Of a DNA stretch of 64,000 nucleotides, positions 57,436-64,000 are shown one piece after another; the first letter of the stretch is position 1; each line of letters begins with the position of its first letter. Below the pieces are notes generated by a model, which was not told the DNA's origin, searched no databases, and was given only the letters and a program-made list of their open reading frames with translations. The translations under genes and the position numbers were made by a program. Location of the stretch: positions 3,038 through 67,037 of the forward strand of contig JAJECT010000034.1 in assembly GCA_022821845.1 (NCBI GenBank), in the 5' to 3' direction. Source of the stretch: Rhodothermales bacterium. GTDB lineage: Bacteria; Bacteroidota; Rhodothermia; Rhodothermales; VXPQ01.

Positions 57436-57731
57436 GATTTTCTACGGGTTTTGCGACAAAAGCATACGGAGGGGCAACGTCTGCAAGGTACGGCGGACGA
57501 CAACCGGAAAACACGGAAATTTCCCGGGTGGATAGCCGAAAAGGGTTCTGGCGTACCTTGAAAATTGGAAGTCGCCCGTCCAATTTTCAAGGTTATTTGC
57601 CCGGATGTCCCGCAGAAGAACAGCATTCGGAAGGTTTATAAATTCATACGACAAATCAGCCTGTACGACAAATCAGTGCGCAATCCCTATTTTCCAAACC
57701 GTTTCCAAACCGCTTCCGAACGCAAAAATCC

Positions 57732-59219
57732 ATGCCCATCCTGTCCGATCTCTCCGAATCGTCGCCACCAGACGACCTGCACGACCCGCGCGACCTGGAC
57801 CCCGAAGCGTTTCGCCGCGCGGGATACGCCGTTACGGACTGGATCGTCGAGTATCTTGCGCATCCCGAACGCTGGCCCGTGCAGCCGGACGTGGCGCCGG
57901 GGGCGCTGCTGGAGAAGTTGCCTGCGGAAGCGCCCGCCCAGCCGTCGTCCCAGGAGGATATTCTCGCCGATTTCGAGCGTACGATTCTGCCCCATGCAAT
58001 GCACTGGAATCACCCCGGTTTTATGGGATACTTTTCCGCCGGGGGGTCTTGTCCTGGGATTCTCGCGGAAACGCTGATCGCCGCGCTGAATAACATTGGC
58101 CTCTTGTGGAGTTCGTCGCCCGCCCTCGCCGAACTGGAAGAAAGAACCTTGCAATGGCTTGGCAAACTCCTCGGGTTGCCCGCTTCCTGGTTCGCCATGA
58201 TCCATGGCACGGCCTCCGCGGCCAGCCTCCATGCCATGATCGCGGCGCGGGAATTCGCTGCCGCCCGCGCCGAACAAGCCGGGGCGTCGCTGGATTTGAA
58301 CCGCCTGGTCATCTATACGTCGGAGCAGGCGCACTCGTCTGTCGAGAAAACCACGGCGGCGCTTGGCACGGGGCGCGAAGCGTGCCGCAAGATCGCGGTG
58401 GACGAGCGGTACGCCATGAAACCCGCCGCGCTTCGGGAAGCGATCGCCTCGGATTGCCGACAAGGTTTCGCGCCGGTTGCGATCGTGGCGACGGTAGGCA
58501 CTACGGGATGCACGGCGGTAGACCCCGTGCCCGCCCTTGCCGATATCGCCGCCGAGCATGGGCTCTGGCTGCATGTCGATGCGGCCTATGCGGGCGCCGC
58601 CGCCATGCTGCCGGAGATGCGCCCGTACTTTGCAGGATGCGAACGCGCCGATTCGTTCGTGGTCAATCCGCACAAATGGATGTTCGTGCCCATGGACCTG
58701 ACGGCGTTCTATACGGCGCGCCCGGAATATCTGCGCAAGGCCCTTTCGCTGGTGCCGGAGTACCTTCGGAGCCGCGAATACGACCGGACGGTCAATTATA
58801 TGGAGTACGCCGTCCCGCTGGGCAGACGGTTTCGGGCATTGAAACTCTGGTACGTATTTCGTTCGCTGGGCGCCGAACGCATTGCGGCCGCCGTGCGCGA
58901 ACATATACGCCTGGCCCGCTGGCTTGCCGACCAGGCGGATGCGTCTCCCGGCTTCGAGCGCATGGCCCCAACGCATTTCTCGCTTGTTTGCCTGCGGTTT
59001 CGGCCGCCGGGGGCCAGCGAAGAAGAAACCGACGCCGCGAACGAGCGCCTTCTGTACGCCATCAACGCAACCGGCGAGTTTTTCCTTTCCCACGTCAGGC
59101 TGCGGGGGCGGTACGCAATCCGGGTGGCCATTGGGAATTTGCGGACGACGGAGGCGCATGTTCGTCGCCTGTGGGAACGTATGCAGGAACTCGCGCATGC
59201 AGACGCGAACGGGCGTTAG
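57732..59219 (+). CDS. Group II PLP-dependent (aromatic-L-amino-acid-type) decarboxylase
   Basis: HWNHPGFMGYF, GTASAASL, HVDAAYAG, and the PLP-lysine motif NPHKW. Confidence 0.9.
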   Translation: MPILSDLSESSPPDDLHDPRDLDPEAFRRAGYAVTDWIVEYLAHPERWPVQPDVAPGALLEKLPAEAPAQPSSQEDILADFERTILPHAMHWNHPGFMGYFSAGGSCPGILAETLIAALNNIGLLWSSSPALAELEERTLQWLGKLLGLPASWFAMIHGTASAASLHAMIAAREFAAARAEQAGASLDLNRLVIYTSEQAHSSVEKTTAALGTGREACRKIAVDERYAMKPAALREAIASDCRQGFAPVAIVATVGTTGCTAVDPVPALADIAAEHGLWLHVDAAYAGAAAMLPEMRPYFAGCERADSFVVNPHKWMFVPMDLTAFYTARPEYLRKALSLVPEYLRSREYDRTVNYMEYAVPLGRRFRALKLWYVFRSLGAERIAAAVREHIRLARWLADQADASPGFERMAPTHFSLVCLRFRPPGASEEETDAANERLLYAINATGEFFLSHVRLRGRYAIRVAIGNLRTTEAHVRRLWERMQELAHADANGR

Positions 59220-59298
59220 GGGTACGGCGCCTTTGGCGCGCCGATTTGCGGTCTGAAAATCGTTCCGGGTTCGGACAGATTGGCCTGAAGCCAGTAAC

Positions 59299-59440
59299 TA
59301 TGCAATAATTGCATAGAACACAGGATGATTATGCAAAAATTGCATAAAGGCAAGCTCGTTGTCATGATTATTTATCCAGAAAACAAATTCATTATGCAAG
59401 AATTGCATAGAAATAGGCCGATCTATGCAAAATTTGCATA
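59299..59440. promoter_or_regulatory. Array of four 17-bp palindromes TATGCAA-N3-TTGCATA (candidate operator cluster)
   Basis: Sites lie at 59299-59315, 59330-59346, 59393-59409 and 59424-59440. Start-to-start spacing is 31, 63 and 31 bp. The surrounding block is AT-rich and lies upstream of yceI/doxX. Confidence 0.6.
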
Positions 59441-59632
59441 GGGGCGACTTTGCCGAGGAAAAGAAAGGCCTGTAAATCGTGCAAGCGCAGGCAAGATTCA
59501 GCGGGGCTTCTCTGGAAAACGGCGCCGCGCCCCGGCGATTTTCCAAGAACCGTATCCCCCGAAATCAGTATTATGCGCGCATTCGTCGCCTCAATCGGCG
59601 CATCCTGTTTTCCCCAAACCACCCTTCTCGCC

Positions 59633-60253
59633 ATGCAGACCGCTCGTTTTCTGACCGCCGCCTTTTTCGCTGCCGCCTTGTTCCTGAGCGGTGCTGCGCC
59701 TGCGGAGCGCGACCAGGCAGAGGTCATCGCGTTTCGTCCAGACAAGACCCATTCCAATGTGGGGTTCAAGGTTCGCCATCTCGGCATTTCCAATGTGCGC
59801 GGCGCGTTCGGCGAGTACGACGCCGCCGTGAAGTTCGATCCGGAAGACCTGAGCACCCTCTCAATCGAGGCGACGATTCAGGCGAGCAGTATCGATACCG
59901 GGAACGAACGCCGGGACGATCACCTTCGCTCGGACGATTTCTTCAACGCAGAGGCGTTCCCGGAATTGCGGTTCGCGAGCAAGGAAGTCCGCAATATCGA
60001 CGGCGGCGAATTCGAACTCGTTGGCGACCTGACCATCCGGGACGTTACGAAAGAGGTCGTGCTGGAGGCCGAATTTCTGGGGATGGGCGCCGGGCGAAAC
60101 GGGCGCAAGGCTGGTTTCGAGGCGCGCGTCATGATCGACCGCTTCGACTACAACCTGAAATTCGATGCGCTGACCGAAACCGGCGGCCTGGTCGTGGGGA
60201 GCGACGTGGAGATCGTGCTGGACATGGAGCTGGACGAGCGAACAGAGGGGTAG
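59633..60253 (+). CDS. yceI: YceI-family periplasmic polyisoprenoid-binding protein
   Basis: Signal peptide MQTARFLTAAFFAAALFLSG, then SNVGFKVRHLGISNVRGAF and DTGNERRDDHLRSDDFF. The start is set at 59633. Confidence 0.88.
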   Translation: MQTARFLTAAFFAAALFLSGAAPAERDQAEVIAFRPDKTHSNVGFKVRHLGISNVRGAFGEYDAAVKFDPEDLSTLSIEATIQASSIDTGNERRDDHLRSDDFFNAEAFPELRFASKEVRNIDGGEFELVGDLTIRDVTKEVVLEAEFLGMGAGRNGRKAGFEARVMIDRFDYNLKFDALTETGGLVVGSDVEIVLDMELDERTEG

Positions 60254-60406
60254 TTTTCCTGGAAATACGGTGTCGTTTCGGGGCGTTCCCGCCTGGGCGC
60301 CAGGCCGATTTGCCGGAAAAAGGCGAAAATCGGGGCCGGGACTTGCTTTTGTAGATACTTTCTGCTAATAATAAGTACGGTATCTCTTAACCAATTCTTC
60401 GAAACG

Positions 60407-60799
60407 ATGCTCGACTTCCTCCGTTCCCCCTCCGTCCGCGGCGCTACCCATGCGGTCGCCCGCATGCTCATCGGCCTGCTGTTCATGCAGCACGGCGCCC
60501 AGAAACTTTTCGGCATGTTTGGCGGCAATCAGGTGGAGTCCCTGTTCGGACTCATGGGCCTGGCCGGCGTGATGGAATTCTTTGGCGGCTTGCTCGTCGT
60601 CGCGGGACTTTGGACCGCTCCGGTCGCCGCGCTCCTTGCGCTCCAGATGCTCGTAGCCTATTTCATGGCTCATGCGGGCAACGGCCTCATACCGGTCGAG
60701 AACCACGGAGAGCTGGCCCTGCTCTACATGGCCGCGTTCGCATTCCTCGCGGTATCCGGCTCCGGCCCGGCCAGCCTGGACAGGAAGCTGGGCGCCTGA
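60407..60799 (+). CDS. DoxX-family membrane protein
   Basis: RMLIGLLFMQHGAQKLFGMFGG and a four-helix layout. Confidence 0.88.
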   Translation: MLDFLRSPSVRGATHAVARMLIGLLFMQHGAQKLFGMFGGNQVESLFGLMGLAGVMEFFGGLLVVAGLWTAPVAALLALQMLVAYFMAHAGNGLIPVENHGELALLYMAAFAFLAVSGSGPASLDRKLGA

Positions 60800-60822
60800 G
60801 CGGAGGAACGGGATAATATTCC

Positions 60823-63444
60823 TCATTCCCCAAAATCCACCTCCAGCACGGAAGCGTCTGCGGACGAAGCGCTCTGGACGCCCGTGAAGGTTTGCATGGG
60901 GCCGTCCGGCTCGCCGACGCGCAGCGTGTAGGAGCCTGCGGCGAATACCTTTGGCGAAAAGGTGGTCCCGGCGATGCGCAGCGTATACGCGATTTCGCCG
61001 GTCGCCTCGTCGATCACTTGCACGACCGGGTCCTCCATCCCGCGCACCTGTATTTGCGGAAGCCAGGCCGCGGCCTCCCGGCCGTAATTATCTTCCTGCC
61101 GGATCGCGATGGGCCATCCGGGGTACGGCTCGCCGTCTTCCGGGTCCACATGGCGAGGCCAATTCGCCATGTGCAGGGTGCGGTCTTCCCGGTTCAGCCG
61201 TACGATTCCGTAGCCGGGCGCCCTGTCGTACAGATTGCGCGGCTCCATGCCTGTCCGATATGGATTCGACACCGCAAGCACGGTCATGTGGTTGCCGAAT
61301 CCGTCCAGAAAATCGCCGGTGTTTTTCGGGGCGCCTTCCGGGCGATTGGCGCCGGGCATGGGGGGATACCACCTCCGGGGATAAAAATTGGCCACCGAGG
61401 GCACGCACAGCGCATAGCCCGCATCGCCCCAGGCGTCCACGCCGTACCGGATGGTGCTTCCAAGGTGCTGATCCCCCGCAAGATGAAACGCGAACCCCTT
61501 GCGAATGGCCCGAATCGCCGCATCGCGCCCGTGTTTCGGCCACCCATTGGAGTCCATGTCCTGTACGATGCGGTCATAGGGCGCATATTCGCTTGCGTCG
61601 AAAATTTCCAGGCGGGGCACCACCACATCGCTTGGCGCCGCCTGCGGCAGGGTCGCTACATTCGCGAAAATGGTCTGGGACACGAGGAATTTCATCCATG
61701 CGCCGCGCGACCAGTCCGCCGCCCAATGCTCCAGAAAATCAAGTTGCCGCTGCCCGAGGAGATCGGCGGTCGGGGCATGCAGCGCTTCCGGGGGATTCGT
61801 CGGCTGGTTCTCCGCCCATCCGTTTTCGATGTCGAGCGAGGCGGGCAGCGTCACCTTGGGCGAATCTTTCCATTTGCGGTCCTCGATGATCCCGAAACTG
61901 ACGCCGCCGTACGTCAGGTCGGTGTAATAGACGCCAATGCCCTGCTCGACGGGCGCCGGGTCGTACGGGGGCGGAAGATGGGCTGTCTGCGTTCGCTGCA
62001 CGGCGTTTACCCAGGATGCCGGCATAACGTATCCGCCCGTATCCTGCCGTTCTTTCTTGGTGGCGCCGGGTCCGGTGGCCTTGCCGCCCGCGCCCCAGAC
62101 GTTGCCGTGGTACACGTCGTGGTCGTCGGGAATGGCGACCGTGGGAATATCTTTCGTAAGTTCGCCGTATTCCCAACCGAAGAGATACCACTTGCGCAGG
62201 TAATCAAGCATCGCTGTGTGGAGCGGCCCTTCCACGTAGCCGTATCCGCCGATGCTTTCGTAGATGTTGTCTCCGGTGAAAAGCAGGATGTCCGGGTCGT
62301 GCCATGCGACGCGGCGGACCAGATCGGCGTGCGGAAATCCGAGGTCGTTGTTGCCCGTGAAGCCCGCCACGACCATCTCTTCCTGGTCTGTCGGATCGCG
62401 CCGCACCGTGCCTTCGAGAATATGTTCGACCGTCCGGCCCGTCGCGCTCGTCAAATCGTACGCGAGGCGATAGGGCGCGTCCAGCGAGTCGGGCCAGTCG
62501 GTGATGGCGAAGGTCGCCGTCCGCGCCATGGGGTCGATCAGGGCCCGTCCAACGTCCTCCCACTGCCCGTCCTTGCGCACGGCAAGCCGAACCTCTTGCG
62601 CCTCGTCCTCCGAGAGCGGCGGCATTTGGGCCGTCATGTAGAGGGCGCCCTTGCTCAGGGTGTGCATAGCGAACAAAATGGGGCCAAAAGCGCGCTCGGG
62701 CCAGGCCCGCACCCGCGTACCGTTCGCCTGCCAGTCTTCAAACCAGAAACTCGGATGATTGGTCTCTTCGCGGGACAGTCCGGCGTCGTTGAAATCCACC
62801 GTCAACGCCAGTCCGCCGGTTAACGCATCGGAGTCCACGGGCGTCTCCAGGGATTCGAGGACGCTCCCATCCAGATTCTCCAGCCGCAGCCGGAGCGCGT
62901 ATTGCCCATCCTCTCGTTCCATCGCCCGCATATCCAGAAAAACCCCTTCTTCGGGGATAACGCCCCCCGGAAACGGAGAAACCGAGGAGGCCTCTTCCGC
63001 AACGACGAGGACGTCGCCGATATACAAATGGCCCGCCGCGGTTACGCCCACGTCCAGCCCGGCGCCCCGCAGCGCCGTGTCCCGGTAATCATGGAACGCG
63101 CCGCGCGCGCCGATGCGAAAGCCCGCCCGCCCCGAATCCGGCAGCGGAACGTCGGAGGCAATGGCTCCGAGGCGGACCCGCAGATGCACGTCCCCGCCTT
63201 CTGCGGCCACATCCCGGACAAGCAACGCTACGTTTCGGTTTGGGCGCCGGGTCAGGCATTCCATGCGCCCCTCCCGGATGCGCCAGTCCTGAAGCGGATT
63301 CGACCAGTATTCCGGGCCGATCCACGTACGTTCGATCAAGGGATGCGCCGCATGGAAAGGCGCCCGGTTCGTCGGGCTGCAACCGGCCCATATCAGGGCG
63401 ATGGCGCCGCACGCAGTCAGAAAAATCCGTCGGGGTGTTTTCAC
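60823..63444 (-). CDS. PhoD-like metallophosphatase lipoprotein with extra N-terminal domain
   Basis: FTGDNIYE, IPDDHDVYHGN and LAGDQHLG metallophosphoesterase motifs. The GTG start at 63444 gives KTPRRIFLTACGAIALIWAGC (lipobox). The ORF upstream of that overlaps the sulfatase gene end. Confidence 0.78.
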   Translation of the reverse strand: MKTPRRIFLTACGAIALIWAGCSPTNRAPFHAAHPLIERTWIGPEYWSNPLQDWRIREGRMECLTRRPNRNVALLVRDVAAEGGDVHLRVRLGAIASDVPLPDSGRAGFRIGARGAFHDYRDTALRGAGLDVGVTAAGHLYIGDVLVVAEEASSVSPFPGGVIPEEGVFLDMRAMEREDGQYALRLRLENLDGSVLESLETPVDSDALTGGLALTVDFNDAGLSREETNHPSFWFEDWQANGTRVRAWPERAFGPILFAMHTLSKGALYMTAQMPPLSEDEAQEVRLAVRKDGQWEDVGRALIDPMARTATFAITDWPDSLDAPYRLAYDLTSATGRTVEHILEGTVRRDPTDQEEMVVAGFTGNNDLGFPHADLVRRVAWHDPDILLFTGDNIYESIGGYGYVEGPLHTAMLDYLRKWYLFGWEYGELTKDIPTVAIPDDHDVYHGNVWGAGGKATGPGATKKERQDTGGYVMPASWVNAVQRTQTAHLPPPYDPAPVEQGIGVYYTDLTYGGVSFGIIEDRKWKDSPKVTLPASLDIENGWAENQPTNPPEALHAPTADLLGQRQLDFLEHWAADWSRGAWMKFLVSQTIFANVATLPQAAPSDVVVPRLEIFDASEYAPYDRIVQDMDSNGWPKHGRDAAIRAIRKGFAFHLAGDQHLGSTIRYGVDAWGDAGYALCVPSVANFYPRRWYPPMPGANRPEGAPKNTGDFLDGFGNHMTVLAVSNPYRTGMEPRNLYDRAPGYGIVRLNREDRTLHMANWPRHVDPEDGEPYPGWPIAIRQEDNYGREAAAWLPQIQVRGMEDPVVQVIDEATGEIAYTLRIAGTTFSPKVFAAGSYTLRVGEPDGPMQTFTGVQSASSADASVLEVDFGE

Positions 63445-63502
63445 GGGTACGGGGGGTTCGATTTTCGATGCGCGAGAAGGCGCAAAAAGCAGACTGGCCG
63501 GT

Positions 63503-64000
63503 CTACCTTTTGGTCCACTGAATGGGCGACGGGCGGTGCGCCGCCTGCATGATGCTGTCGAGGCGCGCCGCCACCTCGGGATGTTGCGCGGCCAGGTCGG
63601 TCGTTTCCGAAAGGTCTGCACGCAGATCGTACACCTCGATAGCGTCCTGCGCGGGCGTACGCACCCCTTTCCACGAACCGAGCCGCACGGCCTGCGCCAT
63701 GCCGTTCTCATGGAATTCCCAGTACAGATATTCGTGTTCTCGCTGGTCCTGCGGGGAGCCCAGCAAGGTCGGCGTCATGTCGATTCCGTCGATGCCTTTC
63801 GGGGGCGCGGCGCCGGCCAGGGACGCGAACGTCGGCAGGATATCGGGGAAATATCCCACATGATCCGTGACGCTTCCCGCTTCCACGCTTCCCGGCCACC
63901 AGGCAATGGCGGGTACGCGGACGCCGCCCTCGTATAGATCCCGCTTGATGCCTCGAAGGGGTCCGTTCGAATCGAAATATTCCGGGTCGCGTCCCCCTTC
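63503..64000 (-). CDS. Arylsulfatase, C-terminal part (5' end outside window)
   Basis: The frame is open to the window edge. EGGRDPEYFDSNGPLRGIKRDLYEGGVRVPAIAWWPG parallels the 47644 sulfatase. Confidence 0.85.
   Translation of the reverse strand, partial: EGGRDPEYFDSNGPLRGIKRDLYEGGVRVPAIAWWPGSVEAGSVTDHVGYFPDILPTFASLAGAAPPKGIDGIDMTPTLLGSPQDQREHEYLYWEFHENGMAQAVRLGSWKGVRTPAQDAIEVYDLRADLSETTDLAAQHPEVAARLDSIMQAAHRPSPIQWTKR

Noticed and set aside
59298-59546. 82-aa minus-strand ORF spanning the palindrome array
   Set aside because: Its repeated MQFLHN segments are just translations of the palindromes. It has no start context or family resemblance. The region is better explained as regulatory DNA.

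Overview
GC-rich bacterial chromosomal window (mid-60s % GC by eye, not computed). The gene content suggests a Bacteroidota/Rhodothermota-like organism: type III glutamine synthetase, a stand-alone atpD-atpC pair, a CarboxypepD_reg-type TonB receptor, DUF5686, DUF4199 and a miaB-sigma54 activator-lptE block. All calls come from reading the translations and the DNA; no searches were run. I support about 55 protein genes and 2 tRNAs. Many long ORFs on the opposite strand of real genes are GC-driven shadow ORFs and are rejected. Housekeeping blocks are glnN/Lrp, atpDC, a TonB receptor, thiL, anmK, GT2, lptE/sigma54 activator/miaB and ribD/ribE. There is also a sulfatase / SulP / PhoD-like / FAD-oxidoreductase cluster. 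Two visibly lower-GC accessory segments interrupt this backbone, and neither contains an integrase or transposase. Segment 1 (about 25.6-37.8 kb) holds an orphan C5-methyltransferase, a beta-lactamase-like hydrolase, VapBC, a GmrSD-type restriction gene, membrane-protein cargo, an orphan AbiEi-like gene, an orphan HicB, and a duplicated RelE/ParE-type TA pair around an unknown 433-aa gene. Segment 2 (39.4-44.7 kb) holds a PHP-fused SMC-like ATPase, an AlbA_2/HATPase_c_4 protein and a Fic gene broken by one in-frame TAG. The most unusual signal is a promoter plus ~320-nt conserved non-coding (or 42-codon sORF) module. It is present twice at an exact 2264-bp offset, bracketing the GmrSD gene and also driving an unrelated membrane-protein operon. 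Other notable items: two adjacent proteins built from 11-residue repeats (33-bp tandem DNA repeats), four 17-bp palindromes upstream of yceI/doxX, and a strand-asymmetric G-tract next to the vapBC promoter.
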